A stretch of 64,000 nucleotides of DNA from an uncultured Candidatus Bathyarchaeia archaeon (lineage in GTDB: Archaea; Thermoproteota; Bathyarchaeia; Bathyarchaeales; DTEX01): the NCBI GenBank assembly GCA_964465575.1, contig CAYXIF010000001.1, positions 15,140-79,139 of the forward strand. The letters run 5' to 3'. Numbering within the stretch: position 1 is the first letter of the stretch; each line of letters opens with the position of its first letter. Shown one piece after another: positions 38,312 through 46,955 of this stretch. A program made the position numbers and the translations under genes. Below the pieces are notes generated by a model, which was not told where the DNA came from, did not search any database, and worked only from the letters and a program-made list of their open reading frames with translations.

Positions 38312-38962
38312 ATGTCAGTGGAGACTAAGAGCATCAAAGCCGCCATAAATGAAATGCGTGACAAATCAGCTAAGAAGAACTTCAATCAGTCAGTGGAACT
38401 TGTGATTGGCCTTCGCGATGTCGATGTCAAGAAGCCCGAAGGCAAAATCCAAGAGAGGATGGAACTGCCGCATCCCATAGGCAAGAAGATTAACATCTGC
38501 GTCTTCGCCAGCGGGGACATGGCTCTAAGAGCGAAAAGAGGCGGCGCAGACCTTGTTCTCGAAGGCACAGAGATCGAAAGCTTGGCGAACGACAAGAAAC
38601 GGCAGAGGCAGATAGCCAAAAGCATGGATGCCTTCATAGCCGCGGCCCCGTTGATGCCTGTTGTGGGCCGAGTCTTCGGAGCGGTCCTAGGACCTAGAAA
38701 CAAGATGCCAATCCCCGTTGCCCCCACGGCAAACATAGAGGGCGAGATTGAAAGGGAAAGAAGGATTATTCTCGTTAGAACTCGCAACCAACCAATCGTC
38801 CAGTGCAGAGTCGGCACAGAAGGAATGCCGGATGATGAGATATCTGAAAATGTGCAGGCAGTCCTGACAGGAATCAGAGGGAAGCTCAAGAGAGGTGCCA
38901 AGAACATTGACTCTGTACAAATCAAGATGACGATGGGGCCAAGCGTAAAGGTGAGTGTCTAG
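38312..38962 (+). CDS. rpl1: 50S ribosomal protein L1 (uL1)
   Basis: 216 aa containing KKNFNQSVELVIGLRDVD, FIAAAPLMPVVGR and LGPRNKMP. Confidence 0.93.
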   Translation: MSVETKSIKAAINEMRDKSAKKNFNQSVELVIGLRDVDVKKPEGKIQERMELPHPIGKKINICVFASGDMALRAKRGGADLVLEGTEIESLANDKKRQRQIAKSMDAFIAAAPLMPVVGRVFGAVLGPRNKMPIPVAPTANIEGEIERERRIILVRTRNQPIVQCRVGTEGMPDDEISENVQAVLTGIRGKLKRGAKNIDSVQIKMTMGPSVKVSV

Positions 38963-38973
38963 GAGAAAGGAAG

Positions 38974-39843
38974 TTGCAGCGGCAGGCATTGCTGACGAAA
39001 GGCGAAAAAGTCCGAGAAGTGAGAGATACTATCCAGAAGTACCAAGTCATCGGGATTGCTAGTCTGCAAAAGGTTAGGGCTTCTCAGCTCCAGGAACTCA
39101 GAAGGAGACTGAAACACACTGCCCACATCCGCGTCATCAAGAACACCCTCGTGGAGCAAGCCATCCACCAATCTCAAGAAAGACCGAACGTAGAGAAGCT
39201 GAATGAGTACCTTAAGGGTTCAAACCTGTTCTTGTTCACTAACCTGAACCCCTTCAGGCTTGCGCTCCTTCTTGAGAAGAGCAAGGTCAAGGACATCGCG
39301 AAAGCCGGGGACATCGCCACTGAGGATGTAGTAGTGCCAGCCGGAAATACGGGCATCCCGCCAGGACCGATCATAAGTCAGCTAGGTTCCGTCGGTATCC
39401 CGACACGAATAGAATCTGGAAGTGTCTGGGTAAACCGAGACACAGTCGTCGCGAGAAGGGGAGAAGTCATCTCCGAAACCCTTGCGCCTGTCCTGTCGAA
39501 GCTTGGCATCAAAGCCATAGAGATGGGGCTATCGCTCAAGGTCGTCTACGACGACGGTACCATCGTCCCGGAAGAAGACCTCAAGCTTGACTTGGAAGAG
39601 CACAGGAAGAGCATTGGCGAAGCCTACATCCAAGGTCTTACCCTTTCCTTGAATGCGACATATCCTACGGCAGAGAACATCGCGATGCTTGTGCTGATGG
39701 CTTCTACAGAGGCATTCAACCTTGCTTTCAACGCATCATTTCTGACGCGCGACACAATCGCAGACCTGATCAGAAAGGCATATTTCCAAGCCCTAGCTTT
39801 GGTAGCCAAGATACCTGCTGACATTACTGAGATAGCGAAGTAG
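38974..39843 (+). CDS. rpl10: 50S ribosomal stalk protein P0 (uL10); no acidic C-terminal tail
   Basis: 289 aa with a TTG start. It has the L10 N-domain (VIGIASLQKVRASQLQELRRRL), domain II and the spine-helix region. It ends ...IPADITEIAK without the Ala/Glu/Lys hinge or the GLGALFG-type tail. Confidence 0.9.
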   Translation: MQRQALLTKGEKVREVRDTIQKYQVIGIASLQKVRASQLQELRRRLKHTAHIRVIKNTLVEQAIHQSQERPNVEKLNEYLKGSNLFLFTNLNPFRLALLLEKSKVKDIAKAGDIATEDVVVPAGNTGIPPGPIISQLGSVGIPTRIESGSVWVNRDTVVARRGEVISETLAPVLSKLGIKAIEMGLSLKVVYDDGTIVPEEDLKLDLEEHRKSIGEAYIQGLTLSLNATYPTAENIAMLVLMASTEAFNLAFNASFLTRDTIADLIRKAYFQALALVAKIPADITEIAK

Positions 39844-39860
39844 TGCGCTAGCCAGTTCAA

Positions 39861-40730
39861 TTAGATCTTGACAGTCTCTGTTCCGATATCACGTAGCAAC
39901 CTAAGCAGTCTGTCTTTGTCGTCTCCCTTTATACCTTTCCAGTCCAACACAACCTTTGTGACAGGCTCGACCGTTCTGTCTATACACTGCCTCAATACTT
40001 CTGTATCTAATGTTCTGACCGCATACTTTGGCACGATGTGTCCAAAAGCTGTCTCGGTGTTCAAGGCCACTTTCGTGAATTTCGAGTTGTAGTGCGGTCC
40101 ACCGATCCCCAGAACAGCTGGGTACGATTTCGTCCTGGACACGGCGGCTAAGGCGCCTCTCGCTACGGCTTCAGCAGCCTCGGAGTCACCCCACTGCATC
40201 GGCGAGCTGCCCAGCTCCAGAAACATGGTTGCGAAGGCCAGAGAAGGCCCGTGGTGCGTGCATTCATATGAAACCTCATATTCCAGACTCATCTCTTCTT
40301 GGCGCTTCTTCATGGACTTCAAAGCCTCTTTCATGGAGCTTGCTGGAGAGACTGACACGGTACTTGGGAGACCGCCAAGAACCGCTTCGCCGAGGTTCCC
40401 GGGCGTGTGAACCGAAAGCGTCGGTGTCCCGCTTTCGCTTCTGTGCCTAGATAGAAAGACCAGCAATCTCGGAGCAACAGAGATGCAAAGGGACTGGGCG
40501 TCCACGGACTCTACGTCTATGAAGGCGAGCTTTGCGATCCGTCCGTTTCCGATTTCCTTTATGTAAACCGGGTTGCCAAAGGTTCTCTCCGAAGTTTCAG
40601 CAAACCCATGGTTCGATATGAGCTGGTTGGCAATGTTCATAGCGGCTACGTCTTTTCTTGACGCTATAAGCAGTATCGTCGTTTCCCTCTGGTTTTCGAG
40701 GGGCGGATCCGTCAATTCGCATTTTATCAC
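39861..40730 (-). CDS. dtdA: D-aminoacyl-tRNA deacylase, archaeal type (DTD2/DtdA)
   Basis: 289 aa containing LLIASRKDVAAMNI, SVHTPGN, ECTHHGP and GIGGPHY, the pattern of the archaeal tRNA_deacylase family. Confidence 0.82.
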   Translation of the reverse strand: MIKCELTDPPLENQRETTILLIASRKDVAAMNIANQLISNHGFAETSERTFGNPVYIKEIGNGRIAKLAFIDVESVDAQSLCISVAPRLLVFLSRHRSESGTPTLSVHTPGNLGEAVLGGLPSTVSVSPASSMKEALKSMKKRQEEMSLEYEVSYECTHHGPSLAFATMFLELGSSPMQWGDSEAAEAVARGALAAVSRTKSYPAVLGIGGPHYNSKFTKVALNTETAFGHIVPKYAVRTLDTEVLRQCIDRTVEPVTKVVLDWKGIKGDDKDRLLRLLRDIGTETVKI

Positions 40731-40889
40731 AGGTTACCTTCCCGAACTTTATCTCTTTCGCGTCAAGGAACGCCACGACTTTTCTGATAGCACCTGTAGC
40801 AAGAGCTTCTTTCCCCTAAACGAAGACTCTTCACCTTAAGAACGTTCAGACCGTGGTGGGTTCTCGATACGGTTCTGCCGACGATCCTA

Positions 40890-41618
40890 TCATGCGATTC
40901 TCTTGCCGAAGCCTTCTAGTGTCGGGCTGTTGTCATACACTTCTTCGACGTTCAGGATGTAGACTGGTCTTTCCATCCCGCGTCTTTCTGGAGAAACATA
41001 GTGGAACACATCATGGACCGCGTTCACAAAATCGAAGTACTCGCCTTTCTCTTGCACATCTAGCCACCCATGAACCTCGAAGCTTACGCTCGGCGGCCTA
41101 TAGAAAACCAAGCACGCCGTTCTATTCCCCTGAACAATGCTCCATGTGTGCTTGGATGACTGCCGCCTACTCTTGGCGAGCTCAATCGTGGACATCTTCG
41201 TAAAGTCAACCCGTCGCATGGCTTCTTCAGGTTCCAAGTAGAGGTGCTGTAAGAGCAGAAGCAGACCGCCTCTCTGGTATCTGCTTAATGCCACTCTCTT
41301 TTGCTCATCAGTACGGGATTCGGCTATAATCTTGTCACCCCATTCGATGTGGCGGCTCAGATCTTCGGTTGCATCACGTAAGAACTGCTTTCTCAACACA
41401 TAGCCCATGCCGACTATCTTGGCATTTACATATATGCTACCATCCGGCTTTGCACAAGCGGTGCACAAGGCAGGGTTGTGCCGCGTGCTGTCCAAGAGGA
41501 AAAGGTTCATGTCCTCGGGAAGCTCACGCTCAGATAACTCCTTGATAGCCTCTAGTCTTGAGAAGTAATTCCACCGCAGAAACTGTATGGGCAGCTCAAC
41601 CGCCATGCTCATTCCCAC
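40890..41618 (-). CDS. Hypothetical protein (242 aa)
   Basis: Long ORF with ordinary composition and no motif I can name with confidence. The C-terminal half (ACLVFYRPPSVSFEVHGW...VYILNVEEVYDNSP) is faintly reminiscent of split-beta-barrel proteins. Confidence 0.5.
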   Translation of the reverse strand: MGMSMAVELPIQFLRWNYFSRLEAIKELSERELPEDMNLFLLDSTRHNPALCTACAKPDGSIYVNAKIVGMGYVLRKQFLRDATEDLSRHIEWGDKIIAESRTDEQKRVALSRYQRGGLLLLLQHLYLEPEEAMRRVDFTKMSTIELAKSRRQSSKHTWSIVQGNRTACLVFYRPPSVSFEVHGWLDVQEKGEYFDFVNAVHDVFHYVSPERRGMERPVYILNVEEVYDNSPTLEGFGKRIA

Positions 41619-41743
41619 GTTTGCCGCTAGTTCCCGTAATGGATAACTTCGAGGAAAGTGTTATGTAGTCCAATCTTCACTACAATTCTCCAGCGAAAGC
41701 TGCCTTATGCTATGAGTCTCGCTTTCCCTCATAGGTGGCGAGT

Positions 41744-41968
41744 TTAGGCTTCAGCTAGAGTCTCAGAGCTCCTCACGCCTGCGATCTCGTTGATCCGGCT
41801 CGTTATCTTCCTCAGTTCCTTGTAGTCTTCTACTTCGACGAAGGCGACTATATCGAATCTGCCATACGTGAAGTAGGCTTTGCGAACACCCTTGATCACC
41901 TTGATGACACTCAAAATGGCATCCGCCTTTGTTGGCACAACCTTTAACAAAACACATGCATTGAGCAT
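41744..41968 (-). CDS. Stand-alone RAM (Lrp/AsnC ligand-binding) domain protein
   Basis: 74 aa: MLNACVLLKVVPTKADAILSVIKVIKGVRKAYFTYGRFDIVAFVEVEDYKELRKITSRINEIAGVRSSETL. Confidence 0.7.
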   Translation of the reverse strand: MLNACVLLKVVPTKADAILSVIKVIKGVRKAYFTYGRFDIVAFVEVEDYKELRKITSRINEIAGVRSSETLAEA

Positions 41969-41982
41969 TTTTCATCCTCCAC

Positions 41983-42213
41983 TCACTGTTCGATCTCCAC
42001 TAAGGTTTCCGTGAAAACGACGCCCCCAACTCTGCCTATCCTAAGGACGGTCGCCCCAAGGTCAGCTAGATTCATGTCGTCAACGTCGACCACAACATCG
42101 TACCTGCCAAGGACAGGAAAGACGCCTCTGACACCCTTAACTTGGCTGATCATCTTGACGACCTCCTCATACTTCCCTTGCGATGTCCTAATCAACACAC
42201 AAGCCGAAACCAA
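41983..42213 (-). CDS. Stand-alone RAM (Lrp/AsnC ligand-binding) domain protein
   Basis: Only the C-terminal 76 aa of track ORF 41983..42414 look RAM-like: (M)VSACVLIRTSQGKYEEVVKMISQVKGVRGVFPVLGRYDVVVDVDDMNLADLGATVLRIGRVGGVVFTETLV. I propose the TTG start at 42213, preceded by GGTGAG. The upstream 67 aa are basic, low complexity and unlike any domain. Confidence 0.62.
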   Translation of the reverse strand: MVSACVLIRTSQGKYEEVVKMISQVKGVRGVFPVLGRYDVVVDVDDMNLADLGATVLRIGRVGGVVFTETLVEIEQ

Positions 42214-42555
42214 CCAACGTCCCTCACCTAGCAATAGACACTCATCGCGATATAATAATATCCCCAACGTCTTGGGGTTACTCCATGCTCTGCGAAGCCG
42301 ATACGCCACAAACGTTTGACATGCAAGACTGAAGTAGGTTCGAGCCCTTTTCCGAACCTTTCCCCGCAATCCCTGCTTTGTGCAGCCACAACGTAAGGCA
42401 AGAAAGCCTGACAATGAGACCTACGTTCCTTTCTAATCCTGTAGTGACCGTACCTAGGACAACTAGGGCGCCAGAAGCGTTCTCTAAGCCTTACTATTCG
42501 GGAAGTCTAACACTTGCTGACGCCAACTGAACCTTCCTTCCCTGTATCACGACAG

Positions 42556-42574
42556 TTTATCAGCAAATGATAAA
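42556..42574. promoter_or_regulatory. AT-rich inverted repeat TTTATCA-GCAAA-TGATAAA upstream of the Zn-ADH gene (TATA/operator candidate)
   Basis: Read directly from the sequence, about 40-55 nt upstream of ATG 42611. The SD-like GGTGAG is at 42597-42602. Confidence 0.35.
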
Positions 42575-42610
42575 TCAGGCGGCGGCTACTCCAACTGGTG
42601 AGAAACTCTT

Positions 42611-43639
42611 ATGAGGGCAGCAGTCTGGCACGGAGGGAAAGACGTTAGAATCGAGGATGTCCCTAAGCCTAAAGTGAAAACTGATGAAGTTCTTGTGAGG
42701 GTCAAGGCTGCAGGCATCTGTGGCTCCGACCTCCATGCCTATGAAGGCGTATCTGAGAGGAGGAGGCCACCGCTCATCATGGGTCACGAGTTCTCAGGTG
42801 AGGTGGCTGAAGCGGGAACGGACGTTAAGGACTTGGGCATTTGTGACAGAGTCGTCGTCGACCCATTCACCCGCTGCGGGAAATGCGAGCAATGCCTAGG
42901 AGGTCGAGACAACCTCTGCCGAAAGATCTGCCTCATTGGGTTGCACACAAACGGCGCTTTCGCTGAATACGTGTCCGCACCAGCAAGGAACTGTTACAGG
43001 ATGCCCGCTGACATGTCTTTCGAGGAGGGAAGCATGGTGGAGCCCTTCTCGGTCGCTTTACGCGCCATCAACCGAACGCCGGTCAAGCTCGGGGACACAG
43101 TCGCTGTGATCGGAGCAGGAATCATCGGGCTGATGCTTTTGCAGGCCGCAAAAGCAGCTGGCGCAGGAAAAACCTTCATAACCGATGTACTAGACTACAG
43201 GCTAGACTTTGGAAGGAAGCTTGGCGCCGACATCACAGTGAACTCGAAAGTCGAGGACCCTGTTGCGACAATCCGAGAAGCAACCAGCGGGCTAGGTGTA
43301 GACGTGACGCTCGAAGCTGTTGGTGTCGAGGCCACTGTTCAGCATGCAATGAGAATAGCACGCACGGGCGGAAAGGTGACAATAGCAGGAATGCTTTCAA
43401 AGGCCATGATGCTAGATGTCCTAGACGCGGTTGTCAGAGAGCTCGATATAAAGGGGTCGTATGCCTACGCTTCGCACGACTTCAGAAGAGCCTTCAGCTA
43501 TATCAAAGAGAAAAGAATCGATGTAAAGCCTCTGGTAACGGACGTGCTACCGCTGTATGAAGCGAAGAGGGGGTTCGAACTGCTTCACGAAAAGAAAGCT
43601 GGCGTACTAAAGGTCTTGCTCGTACCTGAAAGCCCCTGA
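42611..43639 (+). CDS. Zinc-dependent medium-chain alcohol/polyol dehydrogenase (threonine/sorbitol dehydrogenase-like)
   Basis: 342 aa with GICGSDLH, GHEFSGEV, the structural-Zn cysteines C..C..C...C (CGKCEQCLGGRDNLC) and the Rossmann motif VIGAGIIG. Confidence 0.88.
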   Translation: MRAAVWHGGKDVRIEDVPKPKVKTDEVLVRVKAAGICGSDLHAYEGVSERRRPPLIMGHEFSGEVAEAGTDVKDLGICDRVVVDPFTRCGKCEQCLGGRDNLCRKICLIGLHTNGAFAEYVSAPARNCYRMPADMSFEEGSMVEPFSVALRAINRTPVKLGDTVAVIGAGIIGLMLLQAAKAAGAGKTFITDVLDYRLDFGRKLGADITVNSKVEDPVATIREATSGLGVDVTLEAVGVEATVQHAMRIARTGGKVTIAGMLSKAMMLDVLDAVVRELDIKGSYAYASHDFRRAFSYIKEKRIDVKPLVTDVLPLYEAKRGFELLHEKKAGVLKVLLVPESP

Positions 43640-43945
43640 TCATATCAACGCGCAAAAAACAATGCGAGCGCTGGAAGCTGACCTCTATTCACTAGACGTT
43701 CACCTCGCCGATCGAGGCAACAAGGTGGCCAAAGTGTTCGAGACGATCGGTGATCTGCAACTTCGCGTGGTTCATGTTCAGCTAGAGACGAGAAGGCCCC
43801 CCACGAACCTATAGTCCTAATCTAGCGTTCGTAACCTAGATATACATCTGGAATCTTTTTTCGTGCAAACGCGAAGCGCACGAAACTGGACGGTGGAACA
43901 CCCGTGGGCCTATTCAAGAAGAAAAAACTTGAACAGGGAGGAGAC

Positions 43946-44584
43946 ATGGTTGATGCTGCTGAATACCTTGAAGGCGTCGCCTCGGACAAAGACCAGAAAA
44001 CGGGGAAGCCTAAGGAAAGAAGACTCCCAGATGATGAAAGCCAAAAGGAGCCTACAGAGAAGGCACCCAAGAAAGAGGAAACCCATGCAAAACAAGAGAT
44101 CAATGAGACAGATACTCTTACGATCTTGGAGAAGCTAAAGGCCGACCTCAATGATTTTGAAAAAATCAGGGAAGTTCTCAAGGCAAAGGTCGAATCAACA
44201 TCAAGACTTGTTCCGAAACTCAATGAGAAGAAAGAACTACTAGGGAAAGCCGTTCATGAACAACAAGAGAAGATCGCCGAAATAGACGAACTCGTCCCGA
44301 AGCTAGAAAGAAAGAGAGTAGACCTACAGGAGGAAATGCAACAAAAGCGTGCAGAGATAGAGCTTCTTGAGAAAGCCGTTCATGAACAACAAGAGAAGAT
44401 CGCCGAAATCAACGAACTCATGCCGAAGCTTGATCGACAAAGAGACAAGATCCAGAAGATTGTGCAGGAAAAGCAGGCCGAAGTATCCAGGATAACTGAA
44501 CAGACCAATCAGATGATGACTGTACAGAAATACGGCGTAGACTTACTGAGCACACTAGTATATTCCAACAAAAGAAATCGTTGA
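43946..44584 (+). CDS. Hypothetical coiled-coil protein with a K/E-rich N-terminal region and an internal 42-aa duplication
   Basis: ATG 43946 is preceded by GGGAGGAG, and the track start GTG 43904 is less likely. Heptad-like segments KAVHEQQEKIAEI(D/N)EL(V/M)PKL occur twice. No family recognised. Confidence 0.55.
   Translation: MVDAAEYLEGVASDKDQKTGKPKERRLPDDESQKEPTEKAPKKEETHAKQEINETDTLTILEKLKADLNDFEKIREVLKAKVESTSRLVPKLNEKKELLGKAVHEQQEKIAEIDELVPKLERKRVDLQEEMQQKRAEIELLEKAVHEQQEKIAEINELMPKLDRQRDKIQKIVQEKQAEVSRITEQTNQMMTVQKYGVDLLSTLVYSNKRNR
44245..44446 (+). repeat. Intragenic tandem duplication with a 126-nt period (two copies)
   Basis: The 39 nt at 44245-44283 are identical to 44371-44409 (gaaagccgttcatgaacaacaagagaagatcgccgaaat). 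The flanks are similar but diverged. Confidence 0.9.
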
Positions 44585-44820
44585 AAGATCTCTATTTCTG
44601 TGTAGCCTCACCCATTGCCCAATCCGGCTACATCTCGCAATGCAAACCCAAATAGAGCGTTCGGGAGCACATTGCTCTAGGCCCTTTATTAGCGCTTATC
44701 GATACGAGCAATGTCGAAGGCGTTTCGCCTCTCACAAGAGGCCTCGAAGAAACCTACTTAACAGTCTTTCGCAATCCTTAAGACAAGCCCCACCCGCACC
44801 CTATTACTTGGTAAGTGAAG

Positions 44821-45075
44821 ATGCAGAACAACGATGAAGGCTCTAGATATGCGTATCTGGATCTTCTGGCAACAGCACTCACAGCCCACGAAAAAAACCT
44901 GTCTTTGCTGATCGAGAGACTTGACAGGATAGTGGAGAATCTGTCGAAAATACCGTGTGCAGAGACTGTTGTGGAGGAGGGCAAGGGGTCAGTACAAGAC
45001 GAATCTGCCCTCAGTGATGAAGCCACAGAGGCCTTGTTGCAGGCAGCCCGAGATGCCGCGGAAAGCAAAGCGTGA
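44821..45075 (+). CDS. Hypothetical small protein (84 aa, helical/acidic)
   Basis: ORF MQNNDEGSRYAYLDLLATALTAHEKNLSLLIERLDRIVENL... (the track gives GTG 44815). No family recognised. Confidence 0.4.
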   Translation: MQNNDEGSRYAYLDLLATALTAHEKNLSLLIERLDRIVENLSKIPCAETVVEEGKGSVQDESALSDEATEALLQAARDAAESKA

Positions 45076-45247
45076 TTCTAGATGGACACAAGTCAGGTGT
45101 TTTCTGGTTGGTTCTGCAGATAGACCTAAGGGATCACTCATGAAGGGGCTGGCCACTTTCATGGCCCAGCTGGGAGTAGTCGGACTTGCTTTCGTCGGAG
45201 ATGTGAGCATTAAGGCTTCGCACTCATCTCAGGCTTGCTTATGAAAG

Positions 45248-45886
45248 TCATATGGGTTTGCGTTTGGACCTGCTTCTTGGCCGCTTACCCTCTTCCTTTT
45301 CCAGCAGTGTTAGGGCTCTCTCAACGGATGACGTGTTTTCTTCCTTTCTTCTCTCAGGAAAGCTGAACTGAAAGACTTGGAAGAGCCAAGTAGCCATTGC
45401 ACCCAATAGCGCGGACACTGTCACAGCCCCATGAGATTCCAGCGTTCCTTCGGATGCGAATAGGAAGCACTGAACTGGGTCAGCTACTCCCGCAACTCTG
45501 CCTAGCAACACTTCGTACATCCTCACGATTTGGTAAGAACGCAGCAACTTTAGGACACAGTATCCCAAAAGCAATGTAAATCCTAAGTAGGCTAGAGATG
45601 CTAAGAACAGTTCGTAAGGTGAATGACAATTCTTCACGGACTTCATTAGGAAGAAGATCCCCAGGAGAGAAGGGACAACAAGAACAGCCCACGTGCTTCG
45701 CCTGCTTAGCTCCCATCCTATGAGTTCCCGAAGGTACGAATCTTCGGCTTCTATCTGTGCATTGAATATGTTTGCCTGACTCGTAGCCAAGACTGCATAG
45801 GCAAAGACGGAGAAGCACAACCACAGAGCGAGGAAGTATACGTAGGCCAAGCGGTCTCTTGTCTTTCTCTCCAACGCAACAACCAA
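45248..45886 (-). CDS. Hypothetical integral membrane protein (about 4-5 TM) with a basic C-terminal tail
   Basis: 212 aa with hydrophobic segments (AYVYFLALWLCFSVFAYAVLA, WAVLVVPSLLGIFFLM, LASLAYLGFTLLLGYCVL, VSALLGAMATWLF). The tail is KRPRSRSKRKPI. Confidence 0.5.
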   Translation of the reverse strand: MVVALERKTRDRLAYVYFLALWLCFSVFAYAVLATSQANIFNAQIEAEDSYLRELIGWELSRRSTWAVLVVPSLLGIFFLMKSVKNCHSPYELFLASLAYLGFTLLLGYCVLKLLRSYQIVRMYEVLLGRVAGVADPVQCFLFASEGTLESHGAVTVSALLGAMATWLFQVFQFSFPERRKEENTSSVERALTLLEKEEGKRPRSRSKRKPI

Positions 45887-46175
45887 CCATAGAGTTGTTC
45901 AGTAGCTTTTTTAAGATTTTCTGGCTCACACTTGCTCTCAGTTCACTCTTGTTCCAGCATACTAGGTCCCGAAACCCTATACGAGACCAGAGCCAGCCTT
46001 CATTCTGGAAGCGCATTCAGCAGATACCTAGAAGTACTAGCCAAGCCAGGTAAAGCATCGAAGTGTTGCAGCATCAGCCCACGCACCCAGCGACCTCTTT
46101 GGGTCCAACCATAACACACAATTTCTGGAGTTGCATCCAGCGCAGGCCGAAACTGGGCCCTGCCGGTCTTGATAG

Positions 46176-46185
46176 GCTTTTAAAG
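46176..46185 (+). promoter_or_regulatory. TATA box (cttttaaaga) upstream of the DUF47-PiT operon
   Basis: It lies 33-42 nt upstream of ATG 46218. Confidence 0.4.
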
Positions 46186-46217
46186 ACCAAGGTCTTACAT
46201 TCTACCGGCGAACTTCA

Positions 46218-46892
46218 ATGTTCAAGTCTAGTCATGTTTCGGTCTGGCTTTCCAGAAAAGCGGAAAGGGAAATCCTTGGCGAATGCAAGCTTCATGCGGA
46301 CGCAATTGTAGCTACGGTTGTCGAGACCAGGAAGGTCATATACGACTTCTGCGAAGGCGACCTGGAGAACCTTAAGAAAAACTTTGAGTCAGTGTTCAAG
46401 CAAGAAAGGGACGCCGACAACCTGAAGAGGGAGATCCTAGACAAACTTGCCAGAGGAGTCTTTCATCCCATCACGAGGGAGGAAGTCGTTAGAGTCGTAT
46501 TAACAGCTGATGACGTAGCCGCGAACGCCAAGTCTGCTGCAAGAAAAATTAGCGCGTCGTCACCCAAAGACCTACCAGACGAAATCAAGAAGGGGTTAAG
46601 ACACCTCGCAGATATGGATCTCAAGATAGCGGAGCTAATGAGAGAAGCCTTTGTGAAGCTTCTTGAAGACCCCAAGGCCGCCATCCTCATCACTCATGAA
46701 GTGGAAAAGATGGAAGAGGAGATTGACGAACACCGCGTCACCCTCGTTGAAAGGATACTGAAATATGGAGACAGTGTCAAGAGCATAGCCGGGTGGCTGA
46801 TGCTGAAAGAAGCCGTCGAAAACCTTGAGAACATAGCAGACCGCTCAGAAGATGTCGCTGATGTCATACGTGGCATAGCGATTCTTGGCTAA
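46218..46892 (+). CDS. DUF47 / PhoU-like putative phosphate-transport regulator
   Basis: 224 aa, all-helical, with the conserved ERDADNLKREI and ITREEV segments. It immediately precedes a PiT transporter, the known DUF47-PiT pairing. Confidence 0.8.
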   Translation: MFKSSHVSVWLSRKAEREILGECKLHADAIVATVVETRKVIYDFCEGDLENLKKNFESVFKQERDADNLKREILDKLARGVFHPITREEVVRVVLTADDVAANAKSAARKISASSPKDLPDEIKKGLRHLADMDLKIAELMREAFVKLLEDPKAAILITHEVEKMEEEIDEHRVTLVERILKYGDSVKSIAGWLMLKEAVENLENIADRSEDVADVIRGIAILG

Positions 46893-46955
46893 CTCGCAAC
46901 CAACGACGCATGTCAAGCTCTTGCTCCTTCGCCGCGGAAAGGAGGTGCCAGTAGC

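Noticed and set aside
38826-38850. GGAUGAUGAGAUAUCUGAAAAUG (box C followed 6 nt later by CUGA) inside rpl1
   Set aside because: It lies within a well-supported CDS, the spacing is far too short for an sRNA, and it is probably a chance occurrence of short motifs.
42214-42414. First 67 codons of track ORF 41983..42414
   Set aside because: A basic, low-complexity sequence (RGKVRKRARTYFSLACQ...) with no counterpart in the three paralogous RAM proteins. It contains a strong hairpin, so it was treated as 5-prime leader.
43904-43945. N-terminal extension MGLFKKKKLEQGGD of the coiled-coil protein, reminiscent of ESCRT-III/PspA N-termini
   Set aside because: It depends on a GTG start. The downstream ATG 43946 has a much better SD (GGGAGGAG). 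After the putative N-terminus comes a long disordered K/E/P region rather than the alpha1-alpha2 hairpin expected for ESCRT-III/PspA. The similarity is too thin to claim.
45480-46016. 178-aa minus-strand ORF overlapping the 45248-45886 membrane-protein gene in another frame
   Set aside because: It overlaps the more plausible TM-rich frame and its own sequence is Arg/Ser/Cys-rich without hydrophobic segments. I judged it an alternative-frame artefact, though neither ORF has homology support.
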